64,000 nt of DNA from Octopus sinensis (Eukaryota), in NCBI RefSeq assembly GCF_006345805.1, contig NC_042999.1, forward strand, positions 27,156,001 to 27,220,000, written 5' to 3'. The notes under the pieces were generated by a model, which was not told where the DNA came from, searched no databases, and saw only the letters and a program-made list of their open reading frames with translations. Positions within the stretch are counted from its first letter, which is position 1. The number at the start of each line of letters is the position of its first letter. The translations under genes and the position numbers were made by a program. This document shows positions 12,919-24,916 of this stretch, piece by piece.

Positions 12919-15079
12919 TATTTTTACAGAAATCATGAAAATATTACACATGGTGTTTATCTAACATTTGGTCTCCCAATACGAACCACAATTATACGTC
13001 TATTGGAAACTTCTACAATATCATACATAGTGGCTACACTTGTGCGTTACTTTTCGGCATACACAATCTATTAAAAATATCACAGTTTACTTAATCTACA
13101 TCTAAATCAACTTGCTAATATTAACAGCCAATTCCCCCTTAAATTGCAGTAAAGGCTGTAATTTTAGGGAGAATGTTAAAGCATTATGGTGTTTGTTCGG
13201 CTACTTACGTTCTGAATGCAAATCTTGTTGAGATCAAATTTGTACTCATCCCTTCGAAATCGTAAGATGAAGAGCTAATGAATTACTGCGGTTGAATTTA
13301 TTCCAACCAAAGTTTCTGGACTACTTGTACGAGGAACATTAGTTACTGAGTTAATCCAAACGTTCTTTGGAAGTTCACTCCTGACAATTTGCAACTTGTA
13401 TTTTCATGTTACATCATTAATTCGATACAACTTATTGTCCAATAGTTGCTTAATTATTTCTTTTTAATTTTACAACTTCGATAATGAGTGGTGAAATAAT
13501 TGCAATTAGAACCATTTTACGCTTCCTATGGAAAAAATGACTGTGTGCAAGGGCAGCAGAAAACAAATTAACCTTGCGAATTCAGAACGTAAAAAAAGAA
13601 GACATGTCGCCAACAGATTTGTCCGGCGTGCTAACGATTGTCAACTGGGCCTTTAGCATGCTTGTTAATACTGCAACTACTATTACTCTTGTTGCTGCTG
13701 CTGCTGCTGCTGCTACTATACTACTACTACTAAGTTTAAAAACTTAGACAGTTTTCTATGGTCGGATACACAAACGATCATTAGAAATTTCGAAACTTTA
13801 ACATCTAAAATTTTCTGTAAATATTTTACCTTTCTTTTTTCTTTCACCACTACTGAAATATGTAAATTTAACGTTTATTACAACAATGCTATTAAACGCA
13901 CGATAAAAATGAAGGATAAAAGCAACTGCCGATGTATACAAACTGCACAATTACGAATACTGTAAACCACAGCAAAACCTATAAAAAGAAAAAAATTCAA
14001 CAGTGTTAATATCAGTATATACTATTATTTTTGTAATAGTAATTAAAACAGAACACGGTGAGTTGGCTCTCCCCAAGTTCAAGGTCAGAGCTCTCGGTGA
14101 TCGCTGTAATAGTAAACATATTTGACCACCGTTGATCGTTGACCGCAAAGGTGCGACACTTCTTTTGTTTCTTGTTCGCGCAGGAATTCAAAGCCCCATT
14201 GTTGATCTCCTTCACACCATCTGACGAACCTGTATACAGATTTATGGAATTTTGCTGTCTATTCACCAAGTCACTTCCCTTCCACCTACTATCCCCTCCA
14301 ATCCTCACGTATTTATGATCATCTCAAGTACAAGACAAAAGTCGAAACTAATCAACATTTAATAATACCACATAGTAGTAGGAGCAAATATGGCAGACTT
14401 AACAAAATAAAGGATATATTGTCGCCATGGCTACAAAGGTTAGCCACAACGATACTGATCAAAGTACTACTGGTGGTACCTAGCAATGAACAATGCTGTA
14501 AGGGCAAAGTTAAAGTAATTGTAGCAGTATTAATGGTGAAGTTGACAACAATGGCAGACAAAACAACCGTCTCTACATCTGCCACACAGGTCTCAATACT
14601 AATGATTTTAATGTAATACAAATATGTCTTACTAAACATAGAGAAAAACTACAAAAGTTCATAAAATCGCTTGTGCTATGATTAATCTGAAAGCGCGTCT
14701 CCCAGGAGGAAGCCAGCCTGGGGTCGAAATGTCCGCCACTGGCACAAACTCTTATCTGTATACGAACCTGGATGGTCTCTTGAAGAGGAACTGTTCCAGC
14801 CCCGCGCTCCAAGCTCACCATCACACCCACCACAGAAAAAAGAATGTAAGAGGATGATATGAACCCAAGAAGAGTATATAGAAGTAATATACGCATATTA
14901 CTATGCATTAGGTAGGCTATCTAAAGAGAAACATACAGCACACTCTTATCAAATAGAGAGAACACGAAAATAAATTAGCAAATGCTAGGAGGGATATCTT
15001 CAGAAATAAAAGACTCACAGATAATGAATAACCGCGATCAAGCACGCAGCGGAAAATGAACTAAATATACGACAGAAAG

Positions 15080-15331
15080 TTGAAGCGCGTGGCTTAGTGA
15101 TTAGGGTGTCAGCACCATGATCGGAAGATAGTGGTTTCGATTTCTAGCCCGGGCGACGCGTTGTGTTCTCGAGCAAAACACTTCATTTCACGTTGCTCCA
15201 GTCCACTCAGCTGGCAAAAATGAGTAACGCTGCGATGGACTGGCGTCTCGTCCAGCAGGGGAACTCATACGCCATAGAAACTGGGAAGCCGGGCCCATGA
15301 GGCTGGCTAGAATTTAATACTTATTTATTAT
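15080..15331 (+). mobile_element. tRNA-derived SINE (family B) with perfect 14-bp target-site duplication
   Basis: A-box TGGCTTAGTGATT, B-box GGTTTCGATTTC, core TGTGTTCTCGAGCAAAACACTT..CTGCGATGGACTGGCG; TATACGACAGAAAG at 15066-15079 and 15332-15345. Confidence 0.9.
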
Positions 15332-15598
15332 TATACGACAGAAAGGAAATGAAGAACAAGACGAAGAAAACAACTCTCCGGGAGTCTTTAATTAAAAGAC
15401 TACCATCTGACGAGAACACGTAAACGTCTGAAGAAATAAATTGCAATGCACCTGATAAACATAGCGAGGTAAGTGCTAAAGTAACAATATTTGAAGACTA
15501 CACTTTTACTGAAGAGCATAGAGAACCTATGATAGAACTGAAGTAGAAAATCCTGAATAAGCTTGAAGTTGTAAGATACGCTAATATGTATGATAGAG

Positions 15599-15660
15599 AA
15601 ACAATTCATAAACTCTCATTTTGCAATCCAAACAATTCATAAACTCTCATTTTGCAATCC
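15599..15660. repeat. perfect 31-bp tandem duplication
   Basis: AAACAATTCATAAACTCTCATTTTGCAATCC twice (15599-15629, 15630-15660). Confidence 0.9.
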
Positions 15661-16942
15661 AAAATAGAAAACAAATTATAATTGTCTATTTAACAAAAGA
15701 AATTTACAAGAACTAAAACCAGATCTCACGCAGTTAACGAATTATTTATGCAGTTGCTAATACAATTGAAACTAGTTATATGCTTCTGAATAAACAAAGA
15801 AATACAAACCTGAGAAGAATTCCAAACTGCAAAAGTAAAATTGAAAAAGAGATTGAAATAATGAGAGGTGAAATATCAACATTAAATGAGCTCATTTGTG
15901 AAAACTATGTAAAATCCAGAAAAGGAGAAAAGATGAAGGGAAAACACATTCTCACTAAGAGGAAGGTTTTCAATAAAGGAAACACTCCAACAAAAATCCA
16001 AACAAAAGATTAAAAAATACGAAGATTTGAGAAGAGAAATAAGTTTTACAAGCAAAATAAGCTGTTCATTTTCCAATGCGAAAACATTTTACACATTACT
16101 AGGGAAGGAGAATATAACATTTGAAGGCCCTGTTCCCTTGGAAGAAGCTGAAAACTTATGGAAAAAATTTGGAGTGATGAAAGGAGATACAATGAAAATG
16201 CAGACTGTATTATATGCCCAGAAGGATTCTACAAACAATTGCCAGAACAAGCATGGGACGACATCTCAGTAATAGACCTAATACTTACGAAGGCTCATAA
16301 GAGGGAATCCTCTGGTAAAGATAGGGTACCAAATTTCTGGCTCACATTGCTTTCATACGCACACGAAATGTACGTACAGTTATTCACCGAAATTATGACA
16401 GATGCTGAGAAAAAACCTGATTCGTTAGCAAGTGGGATTGCCTATCTACTCCCGAAGAATAATGAAACCAAATTTCTCCAAAACTATCGAACCATAACAT
16501 GTCTATCTACCGCTAGCAAACAAGCTTAGCCCGTAGCAAACAAGTTGATGTAGACCAAAAGTACACACATCAGTGGCTACGGAACTCGGGGCTAAACGCA
16601 GAGTGAAGGCTTTATCTTCGCTGCTCAAAGATCTGAGCTTATTGACCTGGAACTATCAAGTTAATGTAATGAATAATGGAGCAGACCCAAAGTGCCGTTA
16701 CTGCAACGATGGAATTGAAACAGTGGACTGACTACCTAATCTCTGGGTTTAAGTTCTGGCACCTGTAAAGTAAAAATCAAGACATGGTGGCACTGGTGAA
16801 TATCTACATTGGATAATGCGATGGCATTATAAAATCAAAACTGCTGACAATCGTCACAAGTACCGCCCTGAGGCTGTAACTGATGGAGAAAATGTAACGA
16901 TTCTTAGGGACTTTCCAGTATGTACAGACCGGACCATCAAAG

Positions 16943-17405
16943 GAAGGAATTACAACCGTGTTTCGTGGTCTGCTACCACAACAGCTCCTTTAAAGGATCC
17001 AGTTAGCTCAAGACATCATCAGGAGGAACCACGTCCGGTTTCGGCCCCTACTCCTCTACCGTTTTGACGTGGCAGGCCCCACCCTTTTCGGAGGTGTCTT
17101 CAGCTCTGGTGTTGGGTGCATGTCTTCTTTCTTCTTTCTTCTGTTCCCTGGCCTCTTCGATATATCGTCAGCGAGTGTCAGCCGGTGACTGACTTTCTTG
17201 TCAAATTTCTCCGTTTAAATACCTGCCGCATAGGCTCCAGCAGGCAGCCCCAGCAAGTTGTCACGTGACACTGCCTCACCTTAACTGACTAGTGAAGGCG
17301 CGTAGTTTTAGCCCGCGCTTTTTCTAAACGACCGTCACCTGTCAGCAGGCAGCCCCATCAAGTTGTCATGTGACACTGTCTCACCTTAACTGACTAGCCC
17401 GCGCT
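16943..17405 (-). mobile_element. GC-rich insertion nested in the Dong endonuclease region; possibly a Penelope pLTR-like fragment
   Basis: Dong frame breaks after ACCATCAAAG (16942) and resumes at AAACGAGATATTG (17406); internal 55-bp direct repeat (17238-17292 / 17343-17397); three CTGANGA motifs on the minus strand. Confidence 0.6.
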
Positions 17406-17718
17406 AAACGAGATATTGTTGCGAAAGACCAGAACGATAAAGAATACTCTGAGACCAGAATATCTCGACAAAAGAATATCTCAAGGTTTGAAAATATAAA
17501 GATTTGTTAATCGAAATCGAAAAGATGCGCCATCCCAAGACGGTTACAATACCAGTGTTTGTAGGAGCACTTGGAATTATCAAGAAAGGAAAATAGAATA
17601 AGTTGAGGATGATTTCTAGCTTATCATCCATGCAGGAAGTGCGAAAGATAGTCTTAATTTGTACGTCACACGTACTGAGAAGTGTATTGTCATTGTGAAT
17701 TTTCGTTCCATTTTTATT

Positions 17719-18082
17719 CTGGCAATATCGCCCGGCGATGATCGGGTTTGATTCGACAATTTAGAATTGGAATTGTTGAAAAGTAGCTTGTTATTCTCTT
17801 TAATTGAACATTTTTCTGGTTGAAATACACCGAAAAATGGCGACACAGCAGTAAAAAAATCGTAAAAAACAGGGATTTTCATAGAAAAAAAAAGCACCTT
17901 TTTGATGTAAATAATTCATGATCTTAACATGGTCCGATTTGATTTTTTTCTTCTGCGGAAGCCTTCTTCTATCATACTCTTAATTTTGGTCAACTTGCTC
18001 CGCAGTCTCGGAGGGGATAGAGTTAGTTGAAGGCTACCAAACTTGCCATACACAGACAACTTCAGCTTTATATATATAGAGA
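17719..18082 (-). mobile_element. non-autonomous Helitron-type element (family 2)
   Basis: Minus strand starts TCTCTATATATATAAAGCTG and ends CGCCGGGCGATATTGCCAG (CTAG variant); termini match 19420-19806 but the interior differs. Confidence 0.65.
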
Positions 18083-18186
18083 TTTACATTTTTTTCGTTT
18101 TTTCCTTATTTCTGTCTTTCTTCCCACTTTTCTCTATCACATGACTTTGTAAATGACAATATGGAAAAAGAATTGAAAGAAGAGGA

Positions 18187-18208
18187 TAATAATTACAACA
18201 ACAACAAC

Positions 18209-18273
<65 letters not shown>
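18187..18273. repeat. (CAA)n/(AAT)n compound microsatellite
   Basis: Direct reading; lies between a Dong 3' end and a minus-strand SINE tail. Confidence 0.95.
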
Positions 18274-18275
<2 letters not shown>

Positions 18276-18358
18276 CTTTCAAATTTTGCCACAAAGCCTG
18301 AAATTTTGCCGAAGGTGATCAGACGATAAGATCGATCCCAGTACGCAACTGGCATTTC
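18274..18358 (-). mobile_element. SINE family A 3' tail fragment
   Basis: Reverse complement CCAGTTGCGTACTGGGATCGATC..TTTCAGGCTTTGTGGCAAAATTTGAAAGCA(TTA)n matches the second-monomer tails at 2210-2283 and 48000-48240. Confidence 0.65.
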
Positions 18359-18769
18359 AGTGCTGCTTTCTGCAGGTACCCCACCCTTATTTCTCAAGAC
18401 GTTTTTTTTTTCCTTTATATTTGGCTGCTACAATTAGGTTCTATGTTTCGTTTTTTAATTGCCCTTTTTAAACTAAGCCCAGATTTTTGTTCCAGATACG
18501 TCTTCGGTGGCTCTCCAAAACTCGTCATGCAAGGATTTCTCTTGAATCTGCCTGACGTGCTCTCTTTCTATTTCATTCTTGTCCTGTTCTCTTATTACGC
18601 GCTGCATCACCTCTTTTTATTTACTGCCATTAGTAGCTTCCCTGTGTTACTCTGTAAATACTCTATTAGGATTTTTCTTTCCATCTCTCCATCTCGTAAC
18701 CTATGTAACATGGAAATGCCCATTAAACTAACTCACTAGCAATGCCTATAGAATATCATGTGTTCTGTT

Positions 18770-18984
18770 TCCACGCAAGCGCGCTGGGCGAAATGCTTAG
18801 CGATATTTCGTCTGTCGTTACGTTCTGAGTTCAAATTCCGCCGAGGTCGACTTTGCCTGTCATCCTTTCGGGGTCGATAAATTAAGTAGCAGTTACGCAC
18901 TGGGGTTGATGTAATCAACTTAATCCCTTTGTCTGTCCTTGTTTGTCCCCTCTATGTTTAGCCCCTTGTGGGCAGGAAAGAAAT
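18770..18984 (+). mobile_element. SINE family A monomer
   Basis: B-box GAGTTCAAATTCC, conserved body, tail GCCCCTTGTGGGCAGGAAAGAAA. Confidence 0.88.
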
Positions 18985-19419
18985 ATATATATTAGCCATA
19001 GTAATTCCATTTCAACGTAGACTATATAACCATGTCCATTCATTTAAGTGTCTTTATAAGGAATGCTGCTTATAGAGATGGTCAATGACAAAATTGATAT
19101 AGAATTTCAAAATTATCAATATAGACTACTCTGTATCTTAGTCCATGATTAGAACAGTTTCCATACATGGGTAGTCAGGTTGAACGCAATTTATGATAAT
19201 TAGAAACATTAGCGACCCTTGGGTGTAAAAACAGTATAATAAACATAATGAATTATTAAACAAATGCCCATCCACACAAATATGTATTTCGCTAGAATTT
19301 CGTTAAACTAGCATTATCTATTGCGGTTTCTATTCATTTTCCATTTTTGCGTGCTCACCTACTCAAGTATTAATCCATAATAAGCATCAATTAACACTCA
19401 CTTTAACTTTTATAAGCGA

Positions 19420-19806
19420 CTAGCAGTATCGCCCGGCGTTGCTCAGGTTTGTAATGGAAATAACTATAAAGCATTTTTAGAGAGTTATAGCCAAAAAATA
19501 GCCAAAAAATGGAAAAAAAATGATGGTAAATTTTTTTTTGAGAGTAATAAAAGGTTGAGTTGCGTCCCCTAGACAGTCTGTGGTTTGTTTTTTTTTATTC
19601 TCGACCCCATGTCGAATTTATCGATTTTTTTCAGAACTGGGGGAACTTTTCAAAATTTTCGCTGCGTTAGTTTTGAATTATGACATTGGGCTATGTGTGT
19701 GTCAAGTTTCATCAGAATCGGTTGAAAGCCGTGGTCAGGGTGAGGGTACGAGAAAACAGACACACAGAAACACGCACAGACAAACTGCCGTTTATATAGA
19801 GAGAGA
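19420..19806 (-). mobile_element. complete non-autonomous Helitron (387 bp)
   Basis: Minus strand A|TC...CTAG|T; empty site reconstructs to AT; subterminal GC palindrome GCAACGCCGGGCGATACTGC before CTAG; (ACAG)-like repeat near the 5' end; no TSD. Confidence 0.85.
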
Positions 19807-21639
19807 TTCTGTTATTTATATTGTTATAGTCTAGGTTTTAGCAGTGTACTCACAGTATGAATTTATTCAAAATTATTACCATTCTATAACTTAAAATCTC
19901 AAATTTTTATTGTTTTTTACTATTTTTCACATGCTTTAATGACGTTCATAATTTCATTCCCATAAGTTCCGTTTCGTGATCTTATAATTATATAATTTTA
20001 TATCTAGATTTTTTAAGATATATTTTTCATGATTATGGCTTTGCATGTTTCCTATAATTTCCACATTGACTCATTTTACAACCTACACAATCTTTGTAAC
20101 TGTGTATGAAACAGCTTTCTTAAAATCTTTGAATTGCTTTATACTTTTATTCTTTTAATACAATAGCCATTTTAACTTTTAATATCTTATGTTCGAAATT
20201 TTTAAAAAAACTTATAACGGCGGCCAATTTCTATGTAATGCTTATTTTCCTTCAATTTCGAATATATAACTGTTAAATTACTAACACCAGATGAAGGCTA
20301 GTTTTGGTTATTCTACACTGAAACATGAAATAGGATAAATAGACTCTGCATTATGAAATAGGCAGTAATCATTCCAGAAAAAACAGTCGTTCCGTTTAAT
20401 GATTTTAATTAATGAATTTATTATTTATTGGTTAATTTATCAATTGATTGATTTATGTATGTCTGAAAATTGAATTCATTTATATATCTATTTCATATTG
20501 CCCCACTCCATTCTGATCTAAATGAGTACCTTGCCAAGGACTGGGGTTGTGTTTAAGTGGATTGTTCGGATCTCGGTTATTATTATCGGCTGTATGAGTA
20601 ATAGGATATTGACGGACTTTACATCCTTGAAATTTAGGGAAAACAAAAATTTCCCAGGAGTGTTACCAGTCCAGGAAGGTATGTTTTTAGTCACATGATT
20701 AATTCTTACAAGAACAATTAGAGATGGTTTGCGCCGTGCATCTACAATATCTGGATGTAGTCAAAACAATAACTATATCAAGTTACCTCTCCAGTTCTAG
20801 AACAAGGATTTATTTAAATTTTGTGTATAAATTTGGCTACTTAAAATTATAATACAATTTAGAATTGACAGCTTAATTTATATCGCAAATGAAACTCATA
20901 TTAAATATGTTACCTTGAAATTAAGCTGTTATTCTTTTTTTTATGTTGAAACATTTTCTAGCAAGAGTGAAAGGAGTGAAGATATTTACAACATTGGCTG
21001 TTAAAATGTCACAGGCTTAAATGCGGAAAATGCATTCATATTAAAAATAAACTAAAAATCGAAATAGACAAGTGAAAACGCAACCGATACACACACAATT
21101 TTATTGATTTCGCAATGTAATATTTCCTTAAGGGGAAAATTATTTTCAGTGCTCTTCAATTTTTCAACACAATCTATTACGAGTGCTTATATATCTTTAA
21201 TATTTTATTGTTTAACGTTCTGTTATATCCTATGGCTGGGCACTTAACTCTACTTGTATTACAGAGCCGAAATACTTCATGTCTAATCGAGAAATATTAC
21301 CTCATTGTTCTTGTACTGTATTCTTCTTCCTTTTAATCCGTTTCTACGATCATGGTCATCATAGTTAACGTCATCGTCAGCACTATCGTTGTTGTTAGTG
21401 GTGGTATATTTTATATTGAGTGGACGTGCTCAAACATAGCTTCGTGGAAGATATGCCTGTACCACACTGCATTTAATGAAAGCATTGTATTCTTTTTTTT
21501 CATAATTTGCGACGAGAACGCTTTGGAATACTTGAGTATCCACTTCAGGTTACTTTAGTGTTTGTGTTCGGAGATTTTTTAATATTTCTTATTTTGGTAA
21601 ACATACGTTAAATTATATTTAAATATGGCTTTTTCTACT

Positions 21640-22175
21640 GGGATAACGGTGAACTGTACTAGTTGCAAACAAGTCAGTTGGTGATTATTGGGCTCTTGAA
21701 AATCCGAAAGACCTGCTCGAAAGAACACTGCCTAGCCTAAAAGCGAGGGTCTGGTGTGTTGTTGGAAAAGCGCCGTCAGTAGTCCTTAATTTTTTGAAGA
21801 TGATAATGGAAATACTGCTACTGTGATCTCCGGACGTTACCTCGAGATGATAAACAACGTATGTGTATTCGACGTGTGTGGTTTCAGCCAGAGCATCAAT
21901 GGACGTTCCTCGCACTCATTTCTGTGATCGCCTCATTTTCATGTTTTCTGATATTCCTTGGCCCCCTCGGTCCACTGATTTGACAATGTGTGATTATTTC
22001 TAGCAGGGAAACCTCAAGGCGCGTGTGTAAGCGCATAAGCCCCATACATATGGAAGTCGCCCCAATCGACAGAGCAATGCTGGAGAGAGTGGAGGCCAAA
22101 CTCCAACAACGCCTTTAAAAATGCATCAACGAATTCGGACACCACATGACGGATGTTGTTTCCCTTTTTGACAAA
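21640..22175 (+). pseudogene. IS630-Tc1-mariner superfamily transposase fragment
   Basis: YWALENP..VWCVV..FFEDDNGNTATV..RYLEMI..VWFQ..IPWPPRSTDLTMCDYF..LKARV..RL-KCINEFGHHMTDV, with stops and frameshifts. Confidence 0.75.
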
Positions 22176-23510
22176 TGCTAATCCAATACGAACACGTTAA
22201 TGATTTATAAGAAGCACTCCGATATCTAGAGAAGTCATGTCTGATGGCGTACAAGTAGCTACTGAAACTGACACAGCAGCGGATACTCTTGGATTCCCAA
22301 CAATGAACAGCGGCTGCAGTTTGGTACAATATATCTTTCTGCATACCATCTCTTTGATCGAACACCGAACTAAATCAATCACTAAAAGAGACCGGGTGTT
22401 TAGTATCTAGAATGTTGAAAATTATCCTGGCTTTCATTGCAATCAACTAACTTAATGTCTTTTACTTAAATTGATGTCTTTTACTTCACCTAACCGTCAT
22501 AAATTAGTATTATGTTGTCCCCCCCCCCGTATAAATTAGATTTTCACAGCCAATAAAATTAATCATCGTAATCAGCAACATGTTGACAGGAAGTAGGACG
22601 ATGTTACGAGCAGTGCGGCCTGTTTCATCCAGAAATGGGCTGAAGGGAAGATCTCAATGAATCGAGATGTCATATGCCTGTATCGCATCCTTCATAATCT
22701 ACCGCCTGACAAATATGCAAGACCCCCATCAAACCAAATTAGGGCATCTGCTCTTCCGCGTCTTGTGAAAGAGTTGAGTTTTACAGGTCTATTGATACCG
22801 TCACGTAAAAAACGGAATTAGCATGTCCTTTCTGCCGAGGCAAAGTCTCTGCCAACTCCAAAGATTCCTAGTGTGTTCTCCCGTTCTAACGCTGCTTTCC
22901 CTTAGCTCGACCCGTTGGCGAAGCTGCAGTCTTATGTCAACAATTACCAAAACTGGGTGCCTAGCACCTAGAATGCCACCGAGGCGTTACCACCTTCTAT
23001 CCATCGGCCAATGCGGTCGGTGGAAGTTCCACTTAAGCGGTATAATGAGCTTTAATGGTAGGTAAAGAGATGGCGTCGATGAAGAAGTAAGGATGCATTT
23101 CGAAGGACTTTCGTTATGGTAACTATTTTGTATCGTTTCCAGAAATCGTAGCCCGCTAATGTCACCGAGAAGGACTAGTGGTCTGAGATGAAATCTATGG
23201 TTACGATAGATCAGCTACACGAAAATTTTCGAGACGCGTAGGGTGATGAAACCGCTCATTGCTGACTGAAGGAGTTTTGCAGAACTGCGTGAAGGATGCC
23301 TGTAGGAAAAAGCTGGCTAGAGTTCGAGTTCTATTGTTTTCCTTTAATAAGATTAGTTAGACAGTTTCCCTACATCTGGGGACTATGAGGAAGTCAATCC
23401 CGTGACTATGTAAAGTCAACCTCATTCAGCACCCATTTAGCAAATAAAAGTACACCCATTATCACAATCGTGGTCATCGTCGTTGTTGTTAATATTATTA
23501 ATAAGCCCAC

Positions 23511-24405
23511 TAGCTGGCAGAATGGTTACCAGGCGGCAGGCTGGCAGAAACGTTAGCACGCCGGGCGAAATGCTTAGCGGTGTTTCGTCTGCCGCTACGT
23601 TCTGAGTTCAAATTCTGCCGAGGTCGACTTTGCCTTTCATCCTTTCGGGGTCGATTAAATAAATGCCAGTTACGCACTGGGGTTGATATAATCGACTTTA
23701 TCTGTTTGTCTGTCCTTGTTCGTCCCCTTTGTGTTTAGCCCCTTGTGGGTAGTAAAGAAATAAGTATTTCTTCTGCTTCTACGTTCTGAGTTCAAATTCC
23801 GCCGTGGTCGACTGTGCCTTTCATCCTTTCGAGATCGATTAAAAGTGTACAAGTTACGCTCTGGGGTCGATATAATCGGCTTAATTCGTTTGTCTATCCG
23901 TGTTTGTCCCCTCTGTATGTAGTCCCTCGTGAGCAATAAAGAAATAAGAATGGTTACCATGCCGAACAAGTTGTTTAGCGCCATTTCGTCAGTCTTTACT
24001 TTCTGAGTTCAAATATTCCGCTGAGGTCGACTTTGCCTTTCATCCTTTTGTGGTCGATTAAACAAGTACCAGTTATGCACTGGGGTCGTTATAATTGGCT
24101 TAATCCGTTTGTCTGTCCTTGTTTGTCCCCTCTGTGTGTAGCCCCTCGTGGGCAATACAGAAATAACAATGTTCACCATGCCAAACAAGTTGTTTAGCGG
24201 CATTTCGTCCGTCTTTACGTTCTGAATTCAAGTTCTGCCGAGGTCGACTTTACCTTTCATCATTTCGGAGTTGATGAAATAAGTGCCAGTTACGCACTGG
24301 GGTCGATGAAATAAGTACTAGTTGAGCACTAGAGACGATGTAATCACAAGCCTTCTCCTCTAAAAGTTCAGGTCTTGTACCTATAGCAGAAAGCATTATT
24401 ATTAA
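23511..24405 (+). mobile_element. head-to-tail tetramer of SINE family A
   Basis: Four consecutive bodies each with a GTTCAAAT/GAATTCAAGT B-box; the first three end in GCCCC..GTG..AAAGAAA-type tails (23760, 23944, 24163), the last in GTCTTGTACCTATAGCAGAAAGCATTATTATT. Confidence 0.88.
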
Positions 24406-24663
24406 TATCAATATCGTCATTATCATCAACGGCATCTTTATAGTCGTCGTCTCGTTAATTTCCTGACAGCAGGTAATGGAACACTAAAACATACGAGGTT
24501 AGCACGTGCTTGTTAGCCTGCGAAGTCATGTGAAGTTCCGTATGTTTTGAATATACGAAGCAGTGGCTTACTGGGTAGTTCTTCACATCGCTATACATAC
24601 TTGTTTCTTTACCTGCCTCAACACAATTCATGAATATTTTCCTTTATACCCTCTTTTTTTATT

Positions 24664-24703
<40 letters not shown>

Positions 24704-24916
24704 ACAATTTATATCCATAAATTCTCTGAAACAATTTTTATCCATAAATTCTATTTTATTTTGGCACATATTGTCTAAAATTGAATCTGACTTATTCGCA
24801 TTGATAGATTCGTGTAAATGTTATCCGCAGTTCCAATACAGTTTTATCTTTTGCCGTTGTTTATTTATTTATTTATTTATTTATTATTATTATTATTATT
24901 ATTTCATTATCATTAT

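Larger units (their letters stand above)
14840..18190 (+). mobile_element. degraded R4/Dong-clade non-LTR retrotransposon with RT deleted and three nested insertions; 5' boundary uncertain (possibly about 14400-14700)
   Basis: N-terminal (W)TQEEYIEVIYAYYYALGR..KLANARRDIFRNKRL; SGKDRVPNFWL..LLPKNNET..YRTITCLST; then QKYTHQWLRNSGL, CRYC, VTILRDFPVCTDRTIK; all homologous to the copy at 25240-27672; 3' end ATGGAA..TTGAAAGAAGA followed by (AAT)n. Confidence 0.85.

Noticed and set aside
14352-14908. Hydrophobic minus-strand ORFs resembling membrane proteins
   Set aside because: They overlap or adjoin the probable 5' region of the plus-strand Dong element; no recognisable motif
15599-15660. 31-bp direct repeat as a possible CRISPR repeat
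   Set aside because: Adjacent copies with no spacer, in a eukaryotic context with no cas genes
20285-20335. CCAGATGAAGGC..CTGAAACATG hammerhead-like motif
   Set aside because: Core mismatch (CAGATGA), weak helix II and no U16.1; at most a relic
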